DNA of 64,000 nucleotides from a virus: IMG/VR virus record IMGVR_UViG_3300031227_009907, positions 17,577 to 81,576 of that record; one strand, 5' to 3'. Shown piece by piece: positions 45,667 to 56,225 of this stretch (position 1 is its first letter; each line of letters starts with the position of its first letter). The notes under the pieces were generated by a model. It saw only the letters and a program-made list of their open reading frames with translations, ran no database searches and was not told where the DNA came from. The position numbers and the translations under genes were made by a program.

Positions 45667-47910
45667 ATGCCAGTTTTCGGTTCTGGGGCAGTTCGTATTC
45701 CTGAAGCAGCCAAGTGGCATCTATTATTTTGGCTATTAAGCGATTTATACACAGGGGCAAAAGGACCCGCTATGAGGGAGAAACTGGAGCGTATTATAGA
45801 TCGCGTTCAAAGGCGCTATAATACAAGGAAAGTCTCCATTGATGGTGACTTAAAGAAAGTTTCTATCCTTGGTGAAAGCCCTATAACTGCTTTGCATGAG
45901 TTGATGGGTGTATTTAATAGACATAAACTCTCTAAGCAGCAGATACAGTGTGTATTCAGCCAATTAAATAAGCCGGAAGAGAAGGTTAATCTTGTAAAAG
46001 ACTTAATTGGCGTAGATACTGATGAAGATAGAATGATATTAAAATGTGTTGCAACCGTAGCAGGGGCTAAAGGGAAGGTAGAAGAGTATGCTAGTGGTAA
46101 AATAGGGGTTTTTGCTAGTAAACAGGGAAAGAGATTAATTGACTATATTGCTCGTAAGAGTCCTAAGAAGGCAGCGGAATTGGCGCGGACTCTAAAGGAT
46201 GCGAAAACTATCGGTAGGACGACAAGAGATGTTGCAAGACGCCATAAATATACAACAGGGGCAATAGCGGGTGTTGCCGGAACATTGGCTGTTCAAGCGG
46301 GTAGACGTAAAAGACGGCGTAATGAATACGAGGAAGAGTATGCTGGAGGTAAACTGGGGGTCTTTGCTGGGGAACAAGGGAAGAGATTAATTGAGTATAT
46401 TGCCCGTAAGAGTCCCAAGAAAGCAGCCGCTCTTGCACGTACGCTAAAGGACGTAAAAACTGCCGGTAAAGCAACTAAGCGCGTTATTAGACAGCATAAG
46501 TATACATCTGGGGCTGTAGGTGGGGTTGCTGGAACATTAGCGTTGCAAGCTCATGCCCGTAGAAATAAAAGGAATTATGAGTATGAAGAAGATGATGGAC
46601 TTTCTGTGGTTAAAGCTTCTCTTGGCCGTATAGCAACAAGATTAGGGCGAAGAGGAAAAGCCATACGTTCATATAAATCAACCAAGTTGGCTAGAGCGGC
46701 GAAACAAGCTGAGTGGATGAGAAGGGGGAATGCCCTTGAAACCCAGAGATGGGCAGGAAGGGTTGTTGACGTAAAGAGGAAGGAAAAGGCCGCTCGTAGG
46801 CGGCTTATTGCTTCTGGAGCGGCTGCTGGTGTAGGAGCTTTAGCGTTAAGGCGTAAGAAAAAGAAACCTCGTGAAGAGTATGAATTGGCTAGTAGGTTAC
46901 GCAGAATTCTTCCCTATTTACGTGGGATAAGTCGTAAAAAGAAGTTAGCTGCATTAGCTGTTAGCGGTATTGGAGGGGCAGGGATTGGTACTGCTGCCTC
47001 AAGGCGCAGGAAAGATGAGCCTTTAGACTTAGATTACTTACATTATTATTATCCTGGTATTTATGATGATGAGTTGGGAGGGATATATGAGAACGAAGAA
47101 TATGCGGGTGGCAATAAAGTATTTACAGGCACGCGAATAGGGTCCTCTGGGAAGACTGTTCATGTTGTTCGTGGGACACCCAATGCTGGTCGTGCAGGGA
47201 GAGTGGCATCCGCTAAAGCTGCTTATGCACAAAGAAGGACGACGACCCCTCAAGCTCCTCCAAAGGCAATGAGCCCCGCAAGGATGGCAAGAAGGACAAG
47301 ATTGTCTTCGAGAAAACTTAGCACACAAAGCGTTTCTCCTGGCTTTGGGCATACGAGGGCGCGGGGAGCTAGGGGAACGCCTGTACGGCGACGTGGGGGC
47401 TCTTCTACGGGGACTGGAGCTAGAAGTGGGGTGCGCGTTTATAAGCCTGGGTTGACTCGTCCAATGGGAAGAGGGGGATTTAGGCGTTATACAGGAGAAT
47501 TAGACAACCTAAAGAAAAGGATGGATGGCATATTAAAGAAAGTGAATAATATTGATGAAACCTCAATTAGAAAACAACAGCCCGATTCTACGTGGAGTCC
47601 TGGAGAAGGAAAGGAAGGGACGCCTATTCAAGAGGTTAGTCCTGCTAAATTAAAATGTTCTCAGTGTGGTTTTGTTGTTGACCTAGATAAGTCAAGGTTA
47701 AATGAGGTGGTTAGTTTAAGGTGTAGTCGATGTGGCGCTTTTGGGTCAATGAAATTAATTGGAATGGGAGAACAGGAAACACCGCCTACGACTGAAGGTT
47801 TACCTCCTGTAGGTGGAGAAGCTCAGAAAAATTCTGTTAATGTAGAAAATGAAGGAGGGATGGCTAAGTTGGTTGGATTTATGGGCGTAAAGAAGTTTGG
47901 GGAGGATTAA
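45667..47910 (+). CDS. modular basic putative head-cargo polyprotein
   Basis: EEY-delimited modules, ~83-aa duplication (46081-46590), Gly/Ala zippers, C-terminal Zn ribbon. Confidence 0.8.
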   Translation: MPVFGSGAVRIPEAAKWHLLFWLLSDLYTGAKGPAMREKLERIIDRVQRRYNTRKVSIDGDLKKVSILGESPITALHELMGVFNRHKLSKQQIQCVFSQLNKPEEKVNLVKDLIGVDTDEDRMILKCVATVAGAKGKVEEYASGKIGVFASKQGKRLIDYIARKSPKKAAELARTLKDAKTIGRTTRDVARRHKYTTGAIAGVAGTLAVQAGRRKRRRNEYEEEYAGGKLGVFAGEQGKRLIEYIARKSPKKAAALARTLKDVKTAGKATKRVIRQHKYTSGAVGGVAGTLALQAHARRNKRNYEYEEDDGLSVVKASLGRIATRLGRRGKAIRSYKSTKLARAAKQAEWMRRGNALETQRWAGRVVDVKRKEKAARRRLIASGAAAGVGALALRRKKKKPREEYELASRLRRILPYLRGISRKKKLAALAVSGIGGAGIGTAASRRRKDEPLDLDYLHYYYPGIYDDELGGIYENEEYAGGNKVFTGTRIGSSGKTVHVVRGTPNAGRAGRVASAKAAYAQRRTTTPQAPPKAMSPARMARRTRLSSRKLSTQSVSPGFGHTRARGARGTPVRRRGGSSTGTGARSGVRVYKPGLTRPMGRGGFRRYTGELDNLKKRMDGILKKVNNIDETSIRKQQPDSTWSPGEGKEGTPIQEVSPAKLKCSQCGFVVDLDKSRLNEVVSLRCSRCGAFGSMKLIGMGEQETPPTTEGLPPVGGEAQKNSVNVENEGGMAKLVGFMGVKKFGED

Positions 47911-47912
47911 TA

Positions 47913-50360
47913 ATGCCCTGGACAACAGAACAGATGCGTCAAAAGGGGGCTAAAGATAATCCAGCTCAAGCTGCGAAAATAGCAAATGCAATTCTTCGTG
48001 ATACAGGAGATGAAGCAAAAGCTATTCGCATAGCCTTATGGAAGACGAATAAGAAGTCTAAGAATAAACTTAAAAAAGTATCCACTTATGGCCCTATACA
48101 GACATCGACTATGCACGAAGGGTTTAGGAGAGATGTTTTATTAGAGAAACTTCCTTCATCTTTACGTGTATTATTAGTTGGATATTTTGTAGGCAGGGTT
48201 GGATTGAAGAGGGTATTGAGCGGAATAAGGAAGTCATGGAATATTCTTCCTATGCCGGTTAAAACGGCATTAATGGCTGCGCTTGGTGTATATTATGTAG
48301 CCAATAAATCTAAGAAGGAGTTCTCTAAAAGAGTTAATAAAGAGCGTGAATTTAAGAAAGCTGCATTGTCTTTAGGTAAATTTACTAAACTACAAAAAGA
48401 GGGTCAAAGAGGTCGTTCAGGATGGAGGTCTGATGATCCTCTTAATCCTCATACAAAGGGCTCTCAAGGAGGAAAGAAGGGGTCTCGTAAGAAAGGGGAG
48501 AAGCCCCTTCCAAGCCAGCGCAGGGAGTATGGAGAGCGCACAGGCTATGGAATACGCAGGGTTCCAAAGGGGACATTGTCTACACTTGGATATATGGCTG
48601 AGAGGGCATATTTAGCGGGGATTGAAGGCTTTGGAGGTGGAGGGGTTAAAGAAGTAAGAAGAGAGTATAAGCGAGTCCGTGAATTAAATCAGAGAAGGCG
48701 TAGAGAGGAGATAGAGCGGAAAAGCAGGACCCAGAGAGAAAAATATGTTGACGATGATTTAACGGGAACATTAGGATTCGTTGTACGGGGGGTAAAGCTT
48801 TTTGGAAATAAGCCTGTTACCCCTGAAGATAGAGAGAAATGGATTTCACAAAAGAAAGGTTTCTCAAAAGAGTTTGATCGAAGAAGGAAGCAACTTGGAA
48901 GAGACGTTAAACAGGTTGTGGCATCCGGTCTTGAGGGGGCTGGTACAGGAGCTACCGTAGGAATTATATGGGGGGCTATGAAGGGGTTACAAGATAAGGT
49001 GCGTAGACATCCTATATTAAACCCTCTTAATATTGGAGTAGATAGAAGGATTTTAGAGAGTGAGATAAAAAACTATAGAGCAATGAGAAGGGGGAATGAA
49101 TTAAGTCGTCTTGAAGATATTAAACAAGAAAGAAAGAGTGAACAAGGAAGGGAGAAAAAGCGTAGGAGAAGGGGGCAACAGCCTCGTGATATGGAAGCAA
49201 TGGAGGCTATGTGGAATTCTCAAGAAAAGAGGTTGACAAGAAACTTTATGGAGGCTGGGACTAAAGGGAAGGTAAATAAGCCTAAGTGGTATCAAAGAAG
49301 ATTTGGTAAAATAAGTAAATCTTCTACATATATTGGGACTATATGCGATGTAAATGAGTTGATAAATAAGTTAGCCTCTAGCCCTGTTGGGCAAAATATT
49401 AATAAGGCTATTTCTTCTCATCCAGTAAGTGATTTAATGTTGACAAGGGAGGACTTAGGGCATAATTTAAAGCCATATAGGTATAAGCGTAAAAAGAAGC
49501 GAGTTAAAAGCGAATATGAATATAATGACGGATATGGCAACGAAGATGATGCTGATTATAGTAATTTTAGGAGAGATACATTAAGGGTTATACGAAACCT
49601 TGCTCAAAAGAAACCATCTGACCTTGCAAGGGGGGCCTTAAAGGTCTCTGGCAACAATATAGATATGGCATTTATGTATTTATATGAAAGAATCGGTAAA
49701 CTTGATTCTGCTAAGAAGTTATTTGTTCGTACTATTAAAAATAAATCTTTTGAAAACAAAAGTGAAGAAGGGCAAACAAGATATGCTATAACATTGGCCA
49801 ATGAATTGCAGGGGAAGTATATACGAGCTATGAAAATAATAAGGGCAGTTGGGGATAAAAGAAGAGAAGAGTACGAAGAAGCAGGCGATCATATTCTTAC
49901 AAGGCAGCAAATGGGAGGGCGGCTACCCAAGATGCCTTATGATAGGCGGAGAAGGCGTATATTGAGGCATCGTAAACCAGAAGTGATAGAGGAAGAAAGG
50001 CGCAACAGGACAGAGGAATATGAATATGAAGATGACGATTTTAGTGAGATTAGGAGAAGCACCTTAAGGTCCATAAGAAGACTTGTCCAAAAGAAACCAT
50101 CTGAATTTGTAAGGGCAGCCTTACGCGAGAGTGAACACGACGAAGATGGTGCATGGATGTCTTTATATCAAAGAATGAGTCAGCTTGAGGCCATTAAAAA
50201 GGAGTTTATTGTTGACCTTAAAGCTAAATCATTTAGGGATAAAAGAGAAAAAGGGCAAATAATGTATGCTTTAGCTTCTATCAATGAATTACAGCAAAAA
50301 TATCTGAAGGCTATAAAGCTACTAAGGAAGATTGGAAGAAAAAGACGTGACAATAATTAA
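47913..50360 (+). CDS. modular basic putative head-cargo polyprotein
   Basis: N-terminal MPW..IANA.L..DE..AI.IA (YdaT/ChaB-like); two hydrophobic modules; ~105-aa C-terminal duplication after EYEY. Confidence 0.8.
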   Translation: MPWTTEQMRQKGAKDNPAQAAKIANAILRDTGDEAKAIRIALWKTNKKSKNKLKKVSTYGPIQTSTMHEGFRRDVLLEKLPSSLRVLLVGYFVGRVGLKRVLSGIRKSWNILPMPVKTALMAALGVYYVANKSKKEFSKRVNKEREFKKAALSLGKFTKLQKEGQRGRSGWRSDDPLNPHTKGSQGGKKGSRKKGEKPLPSQRREYGERTGYGIRRVPKGTLSTLGYMAERAYLAGIEGFGGGGVKEVRREYKRVRELNQRRRREEIERKSRTQREKYVDDDLTGTLGFVVRGVKLFGNKPVTPEDREKWISQKKGFSKEFDRRRKQLGRDVKQVVASGLEGAGTGATVGIIWGAMKGLQDKVRRHPILNPLNIGVDRRILESEIKNYRAMRRGNELSRLEDIKQERKSEQGREKKRRRRGQQPRDMEAMEAMWNSQEKRLTRNFMEAGTKGKVNKPKWYQRRFGKISKSSTYIGTICDVNELINKLASSPVGQNINKAISSHPVSDLMLTREDLGHNLKPYRYKRKKKRVKSEYEYNDGYGNEDDADYSNFRRDTLRVIRNLAQKKPSDLARGALKVSGNNIDMAFMYLYERIGKLDSAKKLFVRTIKNKSFENKSEEGQTRYAITLANELQGKYIRAMKIIRAVGDKRREEYEEAGDHILTRQQMGGRLPKMPYDRRRRRILRHRKPEVIEEERRNRTEEYEYEDDDFSEIRRSTLRSIRRLVQKKPSEFVRAALRESEHDEDGAWMSLYQRMSQLEAIKKEFIVDLKAKSFRDKREKGQIMYALASINELQQKYLKAIKLLRKIGRKRRDNN

Positions 50361-50382
50361 TAAGCTAAACGTGGAGTAATAA

Positions 50383-52782
50383 ATGGCTAACATTTTAACA
50401 AGAGTTAAGAGCGGTATCCAGAAAGCGTCTATGGTGCGCGTGGGGAGGACTGTCCCCGCCCCTAGAAAGGGGGGCGACCTTCTTTCTTCGATAATGGACT
50501 CTGTAGCTTCCGCTGGGAGGGATATGGGGCAAGGAAAGCGCGAAAGACCTAAAATTCTTGACTTTAAAACGATTGAAACATTAGCTCATTCTGACCCTCT
50601 TGTTTTTGCGATTATGCAAAGCCGGAGAGATCAGATAAAGTTATCAGAATGGGATGTCGTTCCAGATGTAGATGAAATACTTTCTGAATTAGATGAGTGG
50701 AAAGAAGTCTCCCTTATCCAATTAAAGCCCTTTGCTTCCGACCTTATTACTCCAAGATTTTTTAGATTGTCCAAAGAAATATTTGAAATAGGACAAACCC
50801 AAATTAATAGAGTCCTTAGGGATAAGACTCCTACCGTAGATAAAAAGACGAATATTAACATATTATTCGATGTCCTTGAGAGAAGGGTTAAGGATGAGGC
50901 AGTTAATATTTCCATCCCCATACGTGATCTTTTAAAGAAACCAAGCGATGACTATACTGGACTGAAACCCCTTCTTTTAAGGGTGGTGGATGACATTTTA
51001 TTATATGATGCAGGGGTTATTGTAAAGAATAACAATTCTGCCGGAAATAAGTTGGCTGAGATATATGATATTCCTGGGGAAGAATTGGTTGTTTGTAGAA
51101 ATGCCGATAGGTCGATCCCTAAACCTCCTGATACCGCTTTTGTGTGGAATAACAAGCAAGAGGATATTGCTGAGTTTACGAGAGATGAGATTGTTTATTT
51201 TGTAAACAATATGCAGCCACATTTTTACGGGTTTGCTCCGATTGAGGTTATGGCATATGTCATAACGACAAGTCTGTATGCAGATCAGTATAATATTGAG
51301 TTCTTCAAGAATTCAAACATCCCTCCCATGATTATTAATTTAGGGAAAGACGTAAGGCCCGAAAATAGAGTCGCTTTTCAGAGATTTTGGAATCAAGAGA
51401 TAGGGCGCAGGGGAGCTATTCATCGAGTTATGTTTGTGAGTGGGACAGAAAAGATGGATAGCATTCCCCTTACGATGGGGACGAATAAAGATATGCAAAT
51501 GTATGAATATCTTAAATGGTCTACATCTATTAAATGTGCTTGCTTTCAATTATCTCCTCAGGATGTTGGGTTTACTCAAGACCTTCATAGGACAACCGCA
51601 GAAGTCCAATATAAGATTACAAAAGATAGGGGATTGCGCTCTATTTTGACTTTGTTTGAAGATGGCCTAAATGATGGCATTGTAAAGCCGATGGACAAAG
51701 CCGGAATGGTAAAATTCAAATGGCTTGGGTTAGACACAGTAGACAATTCACTCCAGACAGATATTGATAATGCAGACATAAATAATGGGGTTATATCAAG
51801 AAACCAGAGACGTAGAAGGCTGGGGTTAAGGCCCATAAGGGGAGGGGATGTTATCTTGGTCCCTGGCCCTCAAGGGAATATGATCCCCATTGAAAGCCTT
51901 GAAGACTATAAAGAACAGATGGAAATTACAGGAGATATTGAGGAAAGTCAAACGACAGAAGAACAAGCGGGGCCGGAAGAGAAGCCTGATAAGAATAATA
52001 AATCTGTTCGCTCTTCCGCTAGGGAGGTTGCTGGGACGAGTTCTCCAAAGAGGTCTGCTCCATCCTCTTCTCGCAAGCAACCTCCCTCTAATAAAAAAGA
52101 AAAAGGTAATAATAAGAAAGAAGGTAAGAAAACAAAAGTAACAAGTGAAAAGAAGATAAAGAAAGTATTAGACGATGTTAGGAGAGAAAGTGGAGGGGAT
52201 AGCCTTGTAAAGATTAGTTATATCAAGAAACAAGACCCCTATTTTACTGATTATAACTATCCAGCAAGACCCATGATGGGAGGCCCTTTAAGGCCAATGA
52301 GATATCCTTATTCCCAAAGAGGACTTGGGCCTTTAGACGAAGAAGAGAAGCCCGTACAGGCGGCTATACGCAGAAGCGTTGTAAGGGGGATTGCTGAAGG
52401 AGTTACCGAAGGGAAAGACAAGGAAGAGTTTGACCCAACAGCACAAGAACTTGAGAGAGTAATAGAAAGTGCTGGGGCAGGAGAAAGTAATTGGCTTACA
52501 AGGGCTATTATAGGTATTGTTGGGGTACTCGGGATTCCTGTCGCATCAAAATATGGCGTTAGGATGGGAAGAAAAGGGGTTGCTAGAATTGCACATCTAA
52601 CCCTTAAGGCATTATTACGTAAGTATCCATCCGTTAGAAGGGTGATTGCCGGGAAACCTGTGCGCAAGAAAAATCTGATTTCAGCAATATTAATGTCGTT
52701 AGCGGGTAAGCATCACTATCTTGGAAAATATACTACTGCCTATGAAATAAGAAAAATAGAGGAAGAGTTAGAGAATGGGTAA
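50383..52782 (+). CDS. portal protein with long C-terminal extension
   Basis: D.L..DAG, FT.DE, YG..PIE, YN..FF.N..P, F.LSP.D.G, NQ.R...GL.PI.GGD. Confidence 0.9.
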   Translation: MANILTRVKSGIQKASMVRVGRTVPAPRKGGDLLSSIMDSVASAGRDMGQGKRERPKILDFKTIETLAHSDPLVFAIMQSRRDQIKLSEWDVVPDVDEILSELDEWKEVSLIQLKPFASDLITPRFFRLSKEIFEIGQTQINRVLRDKTPTVDKKTNINILFDVLERRVKDEAVNISIPIRDLLKKPSDDYTGLKPLLLRVVDDILLYDAGVIVKNNNSAGNKLAEIYDIPGEELVVCRNADRSIPKPPDTAFVWNNKQEDIAEFTRDEIVYFVNNMQPHFYGFAPIEVMAYVITTSLYADQYNIEFFKNSNIPPMIINLGKDVRPENRVAFQRFWNQEIGRRGAIHRVMFVSGTEKMDSIPLTMGTNKDMQMYEYLKWSTSIKCACFQLSPQDVGFTQDLHRTTAEVQYKITKDRGLRSILTLFEDGLNDGIVKPMDKAGMVKFKWLGLDTVDNSLQTDIDNADINNGVISRNQRRRRLGLRPIRGGDVILVPGPQGNMIPIESLEDYKEQMEITGDIEESQTTEEQAGPEEKPDKNNKSVRSSAREVAGTSSPKRSAPSSSRKQPPSNKKEKGNNKKEGKKTKVTSEKKIKKVLDDVRRESGGDSLVKISYIKKQDPYFTDYNYPARPMMGGPLRPMRYPYSQRGLGPLDEEEKPVQAAIRRSVVRGIAEGVTEGKDKEEFDPTAQELERVIESAGAGESNWLTRAIIGIVGVLGIPVASKYGVRMGRKGVARIAHLTLKALLRKYPSVRRVIAGKPVRKKNLISAILMSLAGKHHYLGKYTTAYEIRKIEEELENG

Positions 52783-55700
52783 GAGAATAAAATTAGAGCT
52801 ATCTCAACCCGAGAAAATATCCCCCTCTATTATGAAGTTTATAGGGGCGGATGCTATTACTACCCCCGATCTTTATCCTAATATAGTAGCAATGGAAATG
52901 CCTTTAGTTAATTTTTTACATTTGGTAAAATTGGCTAAGGGGGCTAAACCTAAAGACATTGCTTCCGGTCCTTATTTAATCGTTAATAGGGACAATATTA
53001 TATTTACTGGGAATAAGTCAAAGCAGGAAGCTTATCAAGACTATATCAGAGCGGTAGATATTATATCTCAAAGGGCAGATGAAGATTTGCCTCGTGGTAT
53101 GATAAAGCGAACTGCAATGATAGTCGCTAAATATAATCTTCCGGCATTTCTAATTAGTCGTTTCGGTATAAAGAGGAAATGCTATGCGCACGCTTCTTAC
53201 TTAGTAGATGAGAATAAGTTCAGCGTTGTCCCTGAATACTTTATTCGCTTTGGCGTTATAAATATGTTGGGGCAGTTTGTAGGAGAGTTTGAGAAAACTG
53301 TCTTACATGAATTTGGGCATACGATATGGTACCAGTTGCTTGACGATGAAATGAAAAGAGAGTGGGAGAGGATAGCGCCTGCGTTCCTCGATACGGACGC
53401 TGTGTTGGCGTCTGAGCGGAAGGAAGACTACTACCGGTCCACCAGTGCTAATCTGGCCGGAGAAGCTATTGAGAGCGATTTCTACACAAATAGAACGGCT
53501 CCCTTTGTTAGTGATTATGCAAGGTTTAACATACGAGATGACTTTGCAGAGAGCTTTGCATTTTATAAGATAGCGCCTGTGCAGTTTAATAAGAAGTTCC
53601 CTCGAAGATATAAGTTCTTTCAAGTGATTGAAAAAGATATAATGCCAAAGAAGGGAGATGTATTTAAGAAGTCCAATAAAGAGGTTATAAATGTTGATAC
53701 TGGAGAGGAATATAAAGTAACTCCATTTGTGGATGTCCTTTTGCAACATAATAAACATCGGAGGCAGTTAGCAAGCAAATTAGAGAGAGACATTCGTTTA
53801 TTCGTGAGAGAGCAAGGGCTTGGAATAAACTCTATAAAGACAATTGTTATATATGATGATTATTCAAAGAGTGCTAATGGGTTGCCTGAGCTTATTAAGT
53901 CAATAATATGGTTGCCTGGATTAAATGAAAAGAAAAAAGATAGATGGAGCTACAGTTCTCATTTTACTATTTTTAGGGATAAAGAAGATTTTGAGAAAGA
54001 AGTATTCAGGGCTCTTGATTTGGGGACATTCCTTAGCCCTAAAGCACTTGTAGTTGAGAAAGCTGGAGAGTCTACGAAGTCTGAACTTTATGGGATGTTG
54101 CCCGCTGTGAAGGTAGGGAGGCAAGTATATTCCGGGGATTCTACCGATATGCACTACCACATTATAAGAGATTATGGTTTATATGGGAGGCTTTTTTATG
54201 CAAAAGGTTTACGGGCGATAGAAGGGTTTATCTTAAGGACAGGCCGTTTTATTACAAGACCTCAGGCAGAGAAAATGGATAGAGATTTTGTTTTACGGGA
54301 TGATAAAGAAAGATTTAATGCGTATTTTGATTTCCCTCCAGGTGAAGGGTTTGGGAAATTTTCTAAAGCCAAGACAAGGTTGACAAGAAAAGACCTTATG
54401 GGGATGAGACCTGCTGTTAAGATGGGAAGGAAGATATATACCGGTGGGCCGCTTGACCTTCATCACGATATTGCAGTAAGATATGGCTTGAGAGACCCTT
54501 CATGGCGGGGGTTTGTATTGCCTACGGGAAGATTTATTACTTACCGTGAGGCTAAAAAGGCTGATGCGGATTACCTAATGGAAGATGAGGTTAAGCGCGT
54601 TGTCGCTTGGAGTGAAAAACACAAATTTTCTAAGTCAAGAAAGAAGATTACAGAAAAAGACCTAATAGGTATGAGGCCAGCTATTAAAGTTGGAAGGAAG
54701 ATATACCTTGGAGGCCAATATGATTTTCATATAGATATTTGCATAAAATATGGACTATTAAGGGGGGTTAAGAAGGAATATGGGTATGTATTACTTACGG
54801 GAAGATTTGTTTCAGCAAAAGATGCCAGAGGGATTGATGAAGAATATGTTGATGAGGACGAATTAAGAAGGGTAAGAATTTCTAGGAGATGGGGTAAATT
54901 ATCCAAGCGTAAGAAACCTGAAAAAGATATTAAGTTTAAGAAACCTAAAGAAGTAGCTTATGTTTCAGGGAAATATCGTTTTGGTATGGATCAGTATCAT
55001 TCATTCCGTATAAAGTTTGGAAAACAGTGGTATGACATTGTGACCAAAGAAGGATTTCCGAATAAGGGGGCAACGAAGGCATTATTTGTAAAATCGAATC
55101 CTCCTAAATCTGGGAAGGTGAATGTGGGGGGAAGAAAAGGGCAGTATACGAGGACGAAATTAGGGCTTGCAGAAGTAGAACGATGGGGATGGAGAAAAAT
55201 ATTTAGGGTATTAGGAGGGGCCTACAAGGGAAGGTATATTGCTGCCGGGAAACAATTGAGGCGCATAGAAGAGCCCGCTTTTACCGCTAAATATCTTCCG
55301 ATAAGACCTAAGGGCATTCCTACGAAGAGGATGATTGCGGATAAACGCTATGAAATGATCCCTGAATCGGGAGGGCAACATGTTTATATTTATACGACGC
55401 CTACTCAAAATCGTATTATCTCTTATAAAAAGAATAAGAAAACAGGGAAGTACATAGATAAGACTAATTATCTTAGTGCCGTAAGAGATTATTCATTACC
55501 CGTTGGGAATGTTATTGAAGCTCAGGTTTTCTCAAGAGATGCTAATACAACGAGAAAGGTGTTTGGAACCAACCTTGTTAGAAGCAGGGTAGCCCAGAGA
55601 GAGTTAGGGATGCCAAAGGTAATGGCTACTGACATCATTCAGTATGCCGGGAGAGATGTTCGCTCTCTTCCCTATCAGACCAGAAAAGCTTTATTGAAGA

Positions 55701-55870
55701 AAGTAGTCCCGGATTATAAGTATTTATTTAAAGCTCCAAGTTGGAGAGCGGATAAGGTTAGAAAATTAAAAGAACTTAAGAAAATTGGTTGGAATAGAGT
55801 TGTTTTTAAAGATCGCTTAAGGCCGTTATCCAGAAGAGATGTTTCGTATTGGGACTTTAGCGAAAAGTGA
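52775..55870 (+). CDS. polyvalent protein: zincin + 3 repeat domains + degenerate LigD PE and ligase domains
   Basis: HEFGH..VSDYA..DDFAESF; PA[VI]K.GR x3; DII.Y.G.DVRSLPY..RK.LL. Confidence 0.8.
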   Translation: MGKRIKLELSQPEKISPSIMKFIGADAITTPDLYPNIVAMEMPLVNFLHLVKLAKGAKPKDIASGPYLIVNRDNIIFTGNKSKQEAYQDYIRAVDIISQRADEDLPRGMIKRTAMIVAKYNLPAFLISRFGIKRKCYAHASYLVDENKFSVVPEYFIRFGVINMLGQFVGEFEKTVLHEFGHTIWYQLLDDEMKREWERIAPAFLDTDAVLASERKEDYYRSTSANLAGEAIESDFYTNRTAPFVSDYARFNIRDDFAESFAFYKIAPVQFNKKFPRRYKFFQVIEKDIMPKKGDVFKKSNKEVINVDTGEEYKVTPFVDVLLQHNKHRRQLASKLERDIRLFVREQGLGINSIKTIVIYDDYSKSANGLPELIKSIIWLPGLNEKKKDRWSYSSHFTIFRDKEDFEKEVFRALDLGTFLSPKALVVEKAGESTKSELYGMLPAVKVGRQVYSGDSTDMHYHIIRDYGLYGRLFYAKGLRAIEGFILRTGRFITRPQAEKMDRDFVLRDDKERFNAYFDFPPGEGFGKFSKAKTRLTRKDLMGMRPAVKMGRKIYTGGPLDLHHDIAVRYGLRDPSWRGFVLPTGRFITYREAKKADADYLMEDEVKRVVAWSEKHKFSKSRKKITEKDLIGMRPAIKVGRKIYLGGQYDFHIDICIKYGLLRGVKKEYGYVLLTGRFVSAKDARGIDEEYVDEDELRRVRISRRWGKLSKRKKPEKDIKFKKPKEVAYVSGKYRFGMDQYHSFRIKFGKQWYDIVTKEGFPNKGATKALFVKSNPPKSGKVNVGGRKGQYTRTKLGLAEVERWGWRKIFRVLGGAYKGRYIAAGKQLRRIEEPAFTAKYLPIRPKGIPTKRMIADKRYEMIPESGGQHVYIYTTPTQNRIISYKKNKKTGKYIDKTNYLSAVRDYSLPVGNVIEAQVFSRDANTTRKVFGTNLVRSRVAQRELGMPKVMATDIIQYAGRDVRSLPYQTRKALLKKVVPDYKYLFKAPSWRADKVRKLKELKKIGWNRVVFKDRLRPLSRRDVSYWDFSEK

Positions 55871-55923
55871 ATGGCTAAACAGTTTCTCCCATCAGGTCGA
55901 TAATATAAACGTGGAGGTATGAT

Positions 55924-56193
55924 ATGGGCGCTCCAAGAGATGCAGACATTAAACAAAAAGATACTGATCCTATTAGGGTTGAGCAAACGGGAGAGCATGA
56001 TGCCGTTTGTGAACATGAAGATGGGTCTGAATTTGAATTTACGTTCCCAGGAAAGTTTCCTTCTGAAATAAAAAACAGTAAAGGGAACCCCGGAAAATCT
56101 AAACTATTTAGTGGCATTGGAGAAGGGGACTTAGGAGGCTTTGCGGGGAAGAAAACTTTTGTATTAAGAGGGGGAGAATTGGTTGAAGCGTAA
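55924..56193 (+). CDS. hypothetical protein
   Basis: GGAGG SD. Confidence 0.65.
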   Translation: MGAPRDADIKQKDTDPIRVEQTGEHDAVCEHEDGSEFEFTFPGKFPSEIKNSKGNPGKSKLFSGIGEGDLGGFAGKKTFVLRGGELVEA

Positions 56194-56225
56194 CTATCGG
56201 GATATTTTGCACAGGAAGGGAATAT

